In this document: piece by piece, positions 50,858 to 60,028 of the stretch
How the letters are laid out: the number at the start of each line of letters is the position of its first letter
Position numbering within the stretch: the first letter of the stretch is position 1
DNA from: Alkalispirochaeta sp.
Lineage (GTDB): Bacteria > Spirochaetota > Spirochaetia > DSM-27196 > Alkalispirochaetaceae
Direction: 5' to 3'
Assembly (NCBI GenBank): GCA_965242725.1
Contig: CBDESZ010000005.1
Span: 91,577 to 155,576, forward strand
DNA length: 64,000 nucleotides
The notes under the pieces: model-generated
What the model was told of the DNA's origin: nothing
The model's database searches: none
Seen by the model: the letters and a program-made list of their open reading frames with translations, nothing else
Program-made: the position numbers and the translations under genes

Positions 50858-52255
50858 TCACACCATCCCCGACGGATCCAGCAGCTCCGCCACCTTCTCA
50901 TCAGGCAGGACTCCCGCCTCCAGGACGACGTCCCGAATCTTTCGTTTCTCTTTGTACGCCTTGTAGGCAAGTTTGGTGGCCTGGTCGTAGCCGATCTCCG
51001 TGGCAAGGGGGGTGACGAGGGCGAGGGACCACTCGATCCAGTAGTCAAGGCGCTCCCGGTCCGCCTCGAGCCCCGTGATCGCCTTGTCCGCAAATACCCG
51101 GCATGTGTTGGCGAGGATGTCGATGGAGCTCAGCGTCTCGAGGGCGATGAGGGGGTTCATCATGTTCAGCTCAAGCGGCGCATTCTGGCCGGCGATGGTG
51201 ACGCTCACCACCTTGCCGTTTACGTAGGCCGCCACCTGAATGACCATTTCCGGAATGACCGGGTTGACCTTGCCGGGCATGATGGAGCTCCCCGGTTGCA
51301 GGCTGGGCAGGACGATCTCGCCCAGGGCGCCCCGGGGGCCGCTTGCCAACAGGCGCAGATCATTGGCGATTTTCATAAGGCTCGTCGCCAGGGTGTTGAG
51401 GGCGCCCATGAGGGAGACCTGGGCGTCCCGGCTCGCGATGGCTTCAAATTTGTTGGGGGCGCTTTTGAAGGGGAGGCCCGTGTCACGGGCGATGCCTGCG
51501 GCGACGGCGTCGGGGAAGTCGGGGTGACAGTTGACGCCCGTTCCCAGGGCGGTGCCGCCCAGGGCAAGCTCCTCGAGGTCCGGGAGCGTCGCGCGCAGGC
51601 GTTCCCGCGCCTTTTCGATCTGTACGGCGTAGCCGGAGAACTCCTGTCCCAGGGTCATCGGGACCGCGTCCTGTAAATGGGTGCGTCCGAGCTTGATGAG
51701 GTCGGCAAACTCCCGTTCCTTCTTCCGCAGCGCCGCGGCGAGGTGATCCAGTGCTGACAGGAGACCCTCCGCCTCCACCCGGTTGGCGATGTGGATTGCC
51801 GTGGGGATGACGTCGTTTGAGGACTGGCCGCGGTTGACGTGGTCGTTGGGATGGACGGGGGAGCGGGTGCCCCGCGGCTCTCCGAGGATTTCATTGGCGC
51901 GGTTGGCGATGAGCTCGTTGGTGTTCATGTTCCAGCTCGTGCCGCTGCCGGTCTGGAAGACGTCGATAGGGTAGTGGGCGTCCCACGTTCCTTCATAGAC
52001 TTCTTCGGCGGCTTGATTGATGGCGTCGGCGAGTTTCCCGTCCACCAGGCCGAGCTGTCCGTTGACCCGGGCCGCGTTCTTCTTGATCAGCGCCAGCGCG
52101 CGAATCATCGGTGCGGGTATGCGCATGGGACTCACGCCGAAGTTTTCCACCGCCCGCTGTGTCTGGGCGCCCCAGTACGCCCATCCCGGTATTTCAATCT
52201 GCCCCATGGAGTCCGATTCTGTGCGGGGCTTCTCGTTGGTTTCGTGTGTGGCCAT
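50858..52255 (-). CDS. fumC: Class II fumarate hydratase
   Basis: FQTGSGTS, GQSSND, GRTHLQDA, GSSIMPGKVNP. Confidence 0.95.
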   Translation of the reverse strand: MATHETNEKPRTESDSMGQIEIPGWAYWGAQTQRAVENFGVSPMRIPAPMIRALALIKKNAARVNGQLGLVDGKLADAINQAAEEVYEGTWDAHYPIDVFQTGSGTSWNMNTNELIANRANEILGEPRGTRSPVHPNDHVNRGQSSNDVIPTAIHIANRVEAEGLLSALDHLAAALRKKEREFADLIKLGRTHLQDAVPMTLGQEFSGYAVQIEKARERLRATLPDLEELALGGTALGTGVNCHPDFPDAVAAGIARDTGLPFKSAPNKFEAIASRDAQVSLMGALNTLATSLMKIANDLRLLASGPRGALGEIVLPSLQPGSSIMPGKVNPVIPEMVIQVAAYVNGKVVSVTIAGQNAPLELNMMNPLIALETLSSIDILANTCRVFADKAITGLEADRERLDYWIEWSLALVTPLATEIGYDQATKLAYKAYKEKRKIRDVVLEAGVLPDEKVAELLDPSGMV

Positions 52256-52412
52256 TTCTCTCCTCCGTGTACCGATCTATATACCAACGGGAAGGCACAA
52301 AAGGCAAACGTCCCGGGCGAATCCCCGACGGGCGCGGGTGACACAAGAGGTGTAACGAGCGGCCCGTCACGGAAGGCGTGACGGGCGCAGCCGGCTTGAG
52401 TACTTTCAACCC

Positions 52413-53150
52413 ATGAATATCGGTCTCCTTGTATGTGAAGATACCCCGCCGTACGCGACGTTTTTCCGCGATCTCCTGGACGGCACCTCCCGGGGCGGTG
52501 AGATCACCCTCCACCCCTACAAAGCATATGAGGGAGATCTGCCGTCGGATGTCCGTGACCATGAAGGCTACCTCATCACCGGCAGCCGCGCCGGGGTCTA
52601 TGAGGACCTGCCGTGGATCGGTTCGCTCCTTACGTTTGTGGGCGAGGCGCATGGCGCCGCCGTGCCGCAGGTGGGGGTGTGTTTTGGCCATCAGGTGCTG
52701 GCCCACGCCCTGGGAGGCCGGGTAGAGAAGGCCGGCGCGGGGTGGGAGCTCGGTATTCACGGGACGGCGATCACCCGGCACTTTCCGTGGATGGACGGCG
52801 CCGCCGCCGGGGCGGACGCAGAGCGCCTCAACCTGGTCTACGTCCATCAGGATCAGGTTGTGAGCCTGCCGAAGGGAGCGACCCCCTTTGCCGCGACCGA
52901 CCTCTGTCCCGTGGCGGGATTTGTTATTGGCGGCATACCCGACGCCCCCGCGGCACTGGGCATTCAGGGACATCCCGAGTTTTCTCCCGCCGCGACGGAG
53001 GAGATCATCCGCACGCAGCCGGAGAAGTTCCCCCCGCCGGTGGCCGATCCCGCCCTGCACTCACTGGCGTCACACGGTGACGAGGTGGACAGCGCCGTCG
53101 TCGCGGAATGGATCACACGGTTTCTGTTGACTGCCGGCGGCCGACGGTAA
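52413..53150 (+). CDS. Type 1 glutamine amidotransferase-like protein
   Basis: GVCFGHQ, QGHPEF. Confidence 0.9.
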   Translation: MNIGLLVCEDTPPYATFFRDLLDGTSRGGEITLHPYKAYEGDLPSDVRDHEGYLITGSRAGVYEDLPWIGSLLTFVGEAHGAAVPQVGVCFGHQVLAHALGGRVEKAGAGWELGIHGTAITRHFPWMDGAAAGADAERLNLVYVHQDQVVSLPKGATPFAATDLCPVAGFVIGGIPDAPAALGIQGHPEFSPAATEEIIRTQPEKFPPPVADPALHSLASHGDEVDSAVVAEWITRFLLTAGGRR

Positions 53151-53327
53151 AAAACTCAGCGGAACGAAGTTCGCCGCGCGCAGGCGCGGCAGAAAATAAG
53201 GAGAGATGAGACGCGGAAAAAGGCGGTCGAACGACCGAAATTCGGGCGGGAGGTGAAAATTGTTGACTAAAACACTTTCCGGCCCGCTATGGTCGTCAGT
53301 ATACTTAGAGCTCAATGGGAGTATTGA

Positions 53328-54239
53328 ATGGCTAACATCGCGATTGTCGGCGCCGGTAACGTCGGCGCCAATTCAGCTTTTTTCATCGCCGAGCGGAATA
53401 TCGGCGATGTGGTGATGCATGACATCCAGGAAGGCATGGCAACCGGCAAGGCCCTGGACATGATGGAGGCGGCACCGATCCGCGGCTATCAGCGCGCAAT
53501 CCGGGGGACCGACAATTTTGACGATATCCTCGAGAGCGATATCGCCGTGGTCGCCGCCGGGCACGTCCGCGAGCCCGGAATGAAGCGGGAAGATCTCTAT
53601 ATCAAGAACACCGATATCATCGACGACATCGCCGCGAAAATGACCGGCTACACCGGTACCGTCGTCATCGCCACCGAACCGGTGGATGTCATGGTGATGC
53701 GCTTTCAGCGGAAGTCGGGACTCAAGGCGACGAGGGTGATCGGCCTCGGCGGGGTCCTTGACAGCACGCGCCTGCGTTTTGCCCTGAGCAGGGCGGTGGG
53801 GGTGACGCCGGAAAATATTTCCGCCACCGTCATCGGCCGCCACGCCGACCGCATGCTGCCCCTGGCGGACTACTGCCGCGTCAGCGGCGTTCCCGCATCG
53901 GTCCTTCTGGGTTCGTCGGAGCTGGAACGCGTCTTTGAAGAGACCCGTCACGCCGGGGACGTCATCGTTGAAATGTCCCAGCGCGCCTCAAGCTATTACG
54001 GTCCTTCCGCCGCGGCGGCGGATGTGGTGCAGGCGATCGCCTGGGATACGCGGCGGATTCTTCCCGTCTCCTTTATGTGGGAGGACCACTACGGCGTCAA
54101 GGACGTGGCCATGAGCCTTCCCGCGGTGCTTGGATGGACCGGTGTCGTACGGGTGATGGAGCCGACCCTCTCCTCGGACCAGATCGAGGAACTGAAGCGG
54201 TCCGCGGAAGAGCTGAACCAGATTTACTGTTGCGGGTGA
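53328..54239 (+). CDS. Malate/lactate dehydrogenase-family paralog (divergent)
   Basis: GAGNVG, REPGMKR, LDSTR, GRHAD. Confidence 0.88.
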   Translation: MANIAIVGAGNVGANSAFFIAERNIGDVVMHDIQEGMATGKALDMMEAAPIRGYQRAIRGTDNFDDILESDIAVVAAGHVREPGMKREDLYIKNTDIIDDIAAKMTGYTGTVVIATEPVDVMVMRFQRKSGLKATRVIGLGGVLDSTRLRFALSRAVGVTPENISATVIGRHADRMLPLADYCRVSGVPASVLLGSSELERVFEETRHAGDVIVEMSQRASSYYGPSAAAADVVQAIAWDTRRILPVSFMWEDHYGVKDVAMSLPAVLGWTGVVRVMEPTLSSDQIEELKRSAEELNQIYCCG

Positions 54240-54249
54240 GGAGTGAGGT

Positions 54250-55188
54250 ATGAATAAGGTTTCGGTCATCGGCGCCGGGAACGTCGGCGCCACGGCGGTC
54301 TACTACATCGCCGAGAAGAATATCGCGGATATCGTCATGGTCGACGTCGTACCCGGCATGCCCCAGAGTAAAGCAATTGACTTTATGCACGCCGCCCCCT
54401 CCCGCGATTACAACGTGACCATCGTCGGGTCCAACGACTACGCAGCCATCGCCGACAGCGACGTCGTCGTCATGACCGCCGGCATGGCCCGCAAGCCCGG
54501 CATGGACCGGATGGATCTGTTGAAGACAAATGTGAATATCGCAAAACAGGCCGCCCAGGCGATCGCCGAGTACGCGCCTAACGCGCTGGTGATCGCCGTG
54601 AGCAACCCCCTGGACGTCATCGCCATGGTGACCCTCCGGGAGAGCGGCTTTGCCCTGAAGCGCGTCGTCGGTATGGCGGGAATCCTCGATTCCACGCGCT
54701 TTCAGTATTTCATAGCCCAGCGGCTGGGGGTGCTGCCGAGGGACGTGATGGCCATGGTTCTTGGCGGCCACGGAGATTCAATGGTTCCCCTTCCGCGCTA
54801 TACCTCGGTGGGCGGGTTTCCCCTGACGGAACTCCTGAACGACGAGGTGATCGAGGAGCTGGTGCAACGTACCCGCACCGGTGGCGCGGAGATCGTGAGT
54901 TTTCTGAAAAAGGGAAGCGCGTATTACGCGCCCGCGGCAAGCGTCGCAAAGATGGTGGAGGCGATGATCAAGGATGAAAAACGCTTTGTCGCCGCCAGCG
55001 CCTATTTGCGCGGCGAGTACGGCTACCGGGACATTTTCCTTGGTGTGCCCGTCCTCCTCGGCCGCAACGGTGTGGAAAAGATATATGAGCTTGAGCTCAG
55101 CGACGATGAAAAAAAAGCCCTCGATGCATCGGCGGTTGCCGTGCAGGGGGGAGTAAAAACATTGGAAGAGATCTATACGCCGGGATGA
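54250..55188 (+). CDS. mdh: Malate dehydrogenase
   Basis: GAGNVG, ARKPGMDR, SNPLD, LDSTR, GGHGD. Confidence 0.95.
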   Translation: MNKVSVIGAGNVGATAVYYIAEKNIADIVMVDVVPGMPQSKAIDFMHAAPSRDYNVTIVGSNDYAAIADSDVVVMTAGMARKPGMDRMDLLKTNVNIAKQAAQAIAEYAPNALVIAVSNPLDVIAMVTLRESGFALKRVVGMAGILDSTRFQYFIAQRLGVLPRDVMAMVLGGHGDSMVPLPRYTSVGGFPLTELLNDEVIEELVQRTRTGGAEIVSFLKKGSAYYAPAASVAKMVEAMIKDEKRFVAASAYLRGEYGYRDIFLGVPVLLGRNGVEKIYELELSDDEKKALDASAVAVQGGVKTLEEIYTPG

Positions 55189-55220
55189 CCGGTGATATGG
55201 TGACCTCCGAGGTGTGGTGT

Positions 55221-55255
55221 CGGCCCGTATCGTTGATACGGGCCGCTTTTCTTTC
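55221..55255 (+). terminator. Rho-independent terminator
   Basis: CGGCCCGTATC-GTT-GATACGGGCCG followed by CTTTTCTTTC. Confidence 0.8.
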
Positions 55256-55348
55256 ACCGTCGGTTGCTCTCTCACAGGAGCCGTTTTATATTGATTAGTA
55301 AGCTAGTAGGTATTATTACGTAACAGAACGCGGAATGGGGAGGTCAAA

Positions 55349-57079
55349 TTGGTACACGAGTTTGATGCAGTGATCGTAGGCGCCGGGGGAGCGGGTTTAT
55401 ACGCCGCCCTTGAGGCGAGCAAGACGGCAAAAACGGCGGTTATCAGCAAGCTCTATCCGCAGCGCAGCCACACCGGCGCCGCCCAGGGCGGTATCGGAGC
55501 GGCCTTGGGCAATGTGGAAGAGGACAGCCCCGAGTGGCACGCCTTTGACACCGTCAAGGGTGGTGATTATCTGGTTGACCAGAACGCCGCCAAGATTCTG
55601 GCGGAAGACGCCGTCCGGGCGGTATATGACCTGGAGAATCGCGGCCTTCCCTTCAGCCGCCTTGAAAGCGGCAAGATCGCCCAGCGCCGCTTTGGCGGTC
55701 ACACCCACCACTTTGGAGAGGGTCCGGTGCATCGCTCCTGCTACGCCGCCGACCGTACCGGTCACATGATCCTCCAGACCCTCTATCAGCAGTGCATTAA
55801 GAACAACGTACAGTTTTACGACGAGTACCACGTGGTGGACCTCCTCATGGAGGGAACCACCGTACGGGGAATCGTCACCTTTGAATTGAAGACGGGAGAG
55901 CTCCATATCTTCCAGGCCAAGGCGGTGCTCTTTGCAACCGGCGGTTTCGGCCGGATGTTCAAGATCACCTCCAACGCCCACGCAAATACCGGCGACGGCC
56001 CCGCGCTCCTCGCCCGGGCGGGGATTCCCCTGGAGGATATGGAGTTTTACCAGTTTCATCCCACCGGCATTTTGGGTATGGGAATCCTCATTACCGAGGG
56101 CGTCCGCGGCGAAGGGGGTATCCTGAAGAACCGCGACGGCGAGCGCTTCATGGAGCGCTACGCTCCGACCCTCCTCGATCTGGCGCCCCGGGATATGGTC
56201 AGCCGGGCGATCATGACCGAGGTCGCCGCCGGCAAGGGCGTCCGGGGGGATAAGAAGATCGATGACTACGTCTGGCTCGACGCGAGCCACCTGGGACGGG
56301 AGGTGGTGGAGCAGAAGATTCCCGACATCGCCGACTTCTGCAAGACCTATCTCGACGTCGACCCCGCGGAAAAACCGATGCCCGTCCAGCCGACGGCGCA
56401 CTACGCCATGGGAGGGATACCCACCGATGTGGACGGCCGCGTCAACACCGGCACAACGGTCTATGACGGGCTCTACGCCGCGGGAGAGGCGGCGTGCGTC
56501 TCCGTCCACGGCGCCAACCGTCTCGGCACCAACAGTCTGGTGGACCTCGTCGTGTTCGGCCGGCGGGCGGGACAGCACATCGCGGAGTATGTGAAAAATG
56601 CCTCGAGCCGCCCCGCAAAAGAGCAGGACGCCGACCGGGCGCGGGAGCGCCTCGACGTCCTCCGAAAGAGGAAGGGCGGACGCCACGTCGGTCCCATCAT
56701 GGACCGCATGCATGAGGTGATGATGGAAAAGGTCGGTGTCTATCGCACCCAGGAGAAGATGGACGCCGCGGTCAAAGAGATTCAGGAGCTGCGGCAGGAG
56801 TTCAAGGAAGTTGCCGTCCAGGATCGGGGAGCCGGCTTTAACGCCGAGGTGCTCCAGATCATGGAACTGCAGAACCTCCTCGATCTCTCCCTGATCACCG
56901 CCGCGAGCGCAGCAAACCGGACGGAAAGCCGCGGCGCCCACGCCAGGGAGGACTATCCCGACCGGGACGACGACCAGTGGCTGAAGCACACCCTCACCGG
57001 CATTGACGGCGACTCGATATCCATCGACTACAAGGCGGTGGATGTGAGCATTTGGAAACCCAAACCGAGAACGTATTGA
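55349..57079 (+). CDS. sdhA: Succinate dehydrogenase/fumarate reductase flavoprotein subunit
   Basis: [29 protein letters not shown]. Confidence 0.93.
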   Translation: MVHEFDAVIVGAGGAGLYAALEASKTAKTAVISKLYPQRSHTGAAQGGIGAALGNVEEDSPEWHAFDTVKGGDYLVDQNAAKILAEDAVRAVYDLENRGLPFSRLESGKIAQRRFGGHTHHFGEGPVHRSCYAADRTGHMILQTLYQQCIKNNVQFYDEYHVVDLLMEGTTVRGIVTFELKTGELHIFQAKAVLFATGGFGRMFKITSNAHANTGDGPALLARAGIPLEDMEFYQFHPTGILGMGILITEGVRGEGGILKNRDGERFMERYAPTLLDLAPRDMVSRAIMTEVAAGKGVRGDKKIDDYVWLDASHLGREVVEQKIPDIADFCKTYLDVDPAEKPMPVQPTAHYAMGGIPTDVDGRVNTGTTVYDGLYAAGEAACVSVHGANRLGTNSLVDLVVFGRRAGQHIAEYVKNASSRPAKEQDADRARERLDVLRKRKGGRHVGPIMDRMHEVMMEKVGVYRTQEKMDAAVKEIQELRQEFKEVAVQDRGAGFNAEVLQIMELQNLLDLSLITAASAANRTESRGAHAREDYPDRDDDQWLKHTLTGIDGDSISIDYKAVDVSIWKPKPRTY

Positions 57080-57096
57080 TAGAGGAGCTATAGAGC

Positions 57097-57906
57097 ATGA
57101 AGGTTACCCTTGCAATTGAACGTTTTAATCCGGAGACCGACTCACAGCCACATGTACAGATCTATCAGGTGGACGTTGAGCCGACGGATCGCATTCTGGA
57201 CGCTCTCATCGATATCACACAGAATCAGGACGGCACCCTGGGATACCGGAAGAGCTGCGCCCACGGCGTCTGCGGTTCCGATGCGATGCGCATTAACGGG
57301 CGGGAGCGCCTCGCCTGCAAGACCCTCTTCAAGGACATTATCGGTGAACCTCAATGGACGCGCGCTTCCGGTGAGAAGGCGGAGCAGGCAAAGACCGCCG
57401 ATACGGATGCGCCGATCCGCATCGAACCGCTTGACCATTTACGGGTCCAGAAGGATCTCATGGTCGATCAATCGCCCTTCTTTGAGAAGTTCCGGGGGGT
57501 GAAGCCCTTCTTCGTCCCCAAAGCACCGGAGCCCGAGCGGGGTGAATACATTCAGTCCCCCGAGGAGCGGGAGCTCTTTGACGAGGCGACAAAGTGCATC
57601 AACTGCGCCGCCTGCTACTCGGCGTGTCCCATTCTGGATACCAATCCCCACTTCATCGGTCCCCAGGCGATCACCAACGCCGCCCGCTTCATCTTTGACA
57701 GCCGGGACAAGGGGCTTGAGGCGCGCCTGGATGTGCTGGATACGGAAAACGGCGTGTGGCCCTGTGAGAGCCACTTTGAATGTACCCGGGTCTGTCCCCG
57801 GGAAATCAAGATTACCAAGTTGATCAATTTCACCAAACGGGAGATCAAGAAATACCGCCACGCCCGGGGTGAACAGACGGCGGAAGAAAGGGCTCAGAGT
57901 ACATGA
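57097..57906 (+). CDS. sdhB: Succinate dehydrogenase iron-sulfur subunit
   Basis: SCAHGVCGSD, CINCAACYSACP, CESHFECTRVCP. Confidence 0.93.
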   Translation: MKVTLAIERFNPETDSQPHVQIYQVDVEPTDRILDALIDITQNQDGTLGYRKSCAHGVCGSDAMRINGRERLACKTLFKDIIGEPQWTRASGEKAEQAKTADTDAPIRIEPLDHLRVQKDLMVDQSPFFEKFRGVKPFFVPKAPEPERGEYIQSPEERELFDEATKCINCAACYSACPILDTNPHFIGPQAITNAARFIFDSRDKGLEARLDVLDTENGVWPCESHFECTRVCPREIKITKLINFTKREIKKYRHARGEQTAEERAQST

Positions 57907-59027
57907 AAATTCACGAGTATCAGGCAAAAGAGTTGTTCAAGTCGTACGGCATCGCCGTCACCGACCAGGCCGTGGTGACGAAGGCCGCCGACGCACGGTC
58001 GGCGGCGGAACGCCTCGGCGGGAAGGTCGTGGTGAAGGCGCAGGTGCTGGTAGGAGGCCGCGGCAAGGCCGGCGGCGTCAAGCTGGCACAGGGTGCCGAC
58101 GACGCAGTCTCCAAGGCGGACGCCATTCTTGGCATGGATATCAAGGGCGAAACGGTTGAAAAGGTGCTTATCGCGCCGACGGCGGATATCCTCAAGGAGT
58201 ACTACCTGGGCCTCATCATGGACCGGGGGAGCAAGAAGATCATCCTCATGGTCACGAAGGAAGGGGGCGTGGAAATTGAGGAGCTCGCCGTCACCGATCC
58301 CGACAAGATCATCAAGTTTCCCATCGACATCACCGCGGGCATCGACGATACCGCGCTGACAAAGGTTCTCACCGAAGTCTTTGAAAAGAAGCCCCTCATC
58401 GAGCAGGCCGCGGACACGGTGAAGAAACTCTACAAGATGTTTGTGGAGAAGGACGCCTCCCTGGTGGAGATCAACCCCTACGCCCTCGTCGACGAGACGA
58501 CCCTCGTCGCGCTGGACGCGAAGGTGAACTTTGACGACAACGCCCTCTTTCGCCACGACGACGTGGAGGCGATGAAGAATCCCGAGGAGTACTCTCAGGA
58601 CGAAATCGACGCGAAGGAGTTTGGCCTCAGTTTTGTCAGCATGGACGGCGACATCGGCTGTATCGTCAACGGTGCCGGACTGGCCATGGCGACGATGGAT
58701 ATCGTCAAACTCTACGGCGGTACTCCCGCCAACTTTCTCGACGTGGGGGGATCGTCCAATCCGGAAAAGGTCCTCAACGCGATTAAGATCATCCTGAGAA
58801 ACAGGAAGGTCAGGGCGATCCTCATAAACATCTTCGGCGGGATAACGCGGTGCGACGACATCGCTAAGGGAATCATCATGGCTACCGACCAGATCGATAT
58901 CAAGGTTCCTCTGGTGATCCGCCTTGTCGGCACCAATCAGGAAGAGGGACGGGCGATGCTTGCGGAAAAGGGATTTTCCGTCGCCGACGAGTTGAGTGAT
59001 GCGGTACAGAAAGTGGTCGCCTCCTGA
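57903..59027 (+). CDS. sucC: Succinyl-CoA synthetase beta subunit
   Basis: HEYQAK, GGRGKAGG, NGAGLAMATMD. Confidence 0.96.
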   Translation: MKIHEYQAKELFKSYGIAVTDQAVVTKAADARSAAERLGGKVVVKAQVLVGGRGKAGGVKLAQGADDAVSKADAILGMDIKGETVEKVLIAPTADILKEYYLGLIMDRGSKKIILMVTKEGGVEIEELAVTDPDKIIKFPIDITAGIDDTALTKVLTEVFEKKPLIEQAADTVKKLYKMFVEKDASLVEINPYALVDETTLVALDAKVNFDDNALFRHDDVEAMKNPEEYSQDEIDAKEFGLSFVSMDGDIGCIVNGAGLAMATMDIVKLYGGTPANFLDVGGSSNPEKVLNAIKIILRNRKVRAILINIFGGITRCDDIAKGIIMATDQIDIKVPLVIRLVGTNQEEGRAMLAEKGFSVADELSDAVQKVVAS

Positions 59028-59048
59028 GCCGCGGAAGGGAATGAAACG

Positions 59049-59918
59049 ATGAGTATATTGATTGACGAAACAACACAGGTACTGGTACAGGGCATCACCG
59101 GACGGGACGGCTCGTTTCACGCGCGCCAGATGGTCAAGGACGGAACGAAGGTCGTCGCCGGCGTGACGCCGGGCAAGGGCGGCCAGAAAATGGACGACGT
59201 GCCCGTCTACAACTCCGTACAGGACGCGCAGAAGGATCACCGCATCGATGCGACGGTCATTTTTGTCCCGGCGAAATTTGCCGCCGCGGCGGTACGGGAG
59301 GCGGCGGATGCCAAAGTGCCGCTGATTATCACCATCACCGAGGGCGTCCCCGTGCTGGATATGCTCGCGGCGTACCGCTACGTACAGGAACAGGGACTGC
59401 GCATGATCGGACCCAACTGTCCCGGACTGATCAGTCCAGGGAAGTGCAAGATCGGCATCATGCCCTACCACATTCACCTGCCCGGGAACATCGGCGTCAT
59501 TTCCCGCTCGGGGACGCTCACCTATGAGGTGGTATACAACCTCACCAAGCACGGCATGGGACAGAGCACATGCGTCGGCATCGGGGGCGACCCGGTGATC
59601 GGTACGAGCTTTATCGACGCCCTCTCCCTCTTTGAGGAAGATCCCGACACGGCGGGCGTCGTCGTCATCGGCGAGATCGGCGGTGACGACGAAGAGAAGG
59701 CCGCGGATTTTATCAAGTCAAAAATGTCGAAACCCGTCGTCGGCTTCATTTCGGGTCGCACGGCGCCTCCGGGTAAACGGATGGGTCACGCCGGTGCGAT
59801 CATCTCCGGCGGAAAAGGAACGCCCGACGCCAAGGTGAAGGCCTTTGAAGCGGCGGGAGTCCCCGTTGCCGACAAACCCGACGAGATTCCCGACCTTCTC
59901 AAGCAGAAGCTGCGATGA
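59049..59918 (+). CDS. sucD: Succinyl-CoA synthetase alpha subunit
   Basis: QGITG, GPNCPG, RMGHAGA. Confidence 0.96.
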   Translation: MSILIDETTQVLVQGITGRDGSFHARQMVKDGTKVVAGVTPGKGGQKMDDVPVYNSVQDAQKDHRIDATVIFVPAKFAAAAVREAADAKVPLIITITEGVPVLDMLAAYRYVQEQGLRMIGPNCPGLISPGKCKIGIMPYHIHLPGNIGVISRSGTLTYEVVYNLTKHGMGQSTCVGIGGDPVIGTSFIDALSLFEEDPDTAGVVVIGEIGGDDEEKAADFIKSKMSKPVVGFISGRTAPPGKRMGHAGAIISGGKGTPDAKVKAFEAAGVPVADKPDEIPDLLKQKLR

Positions 59919-60028
59919 TTGTCGCCTGTTGTGCCCTGTACATGTGTATCAGTGAATGATCTCGACAGGTATGAGCCGCGACGAATCCGTCGCGGCTGAT
60001 TATTTTCCAGAATGAGAGGGTATGACCC

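Noticed and set aside
50687..51676. Plus-strand ORF at the position where intI would be expected
   Set aside because: Antisense shadow of fumC; no tyrosine recombinase R-H-R-Y motifs
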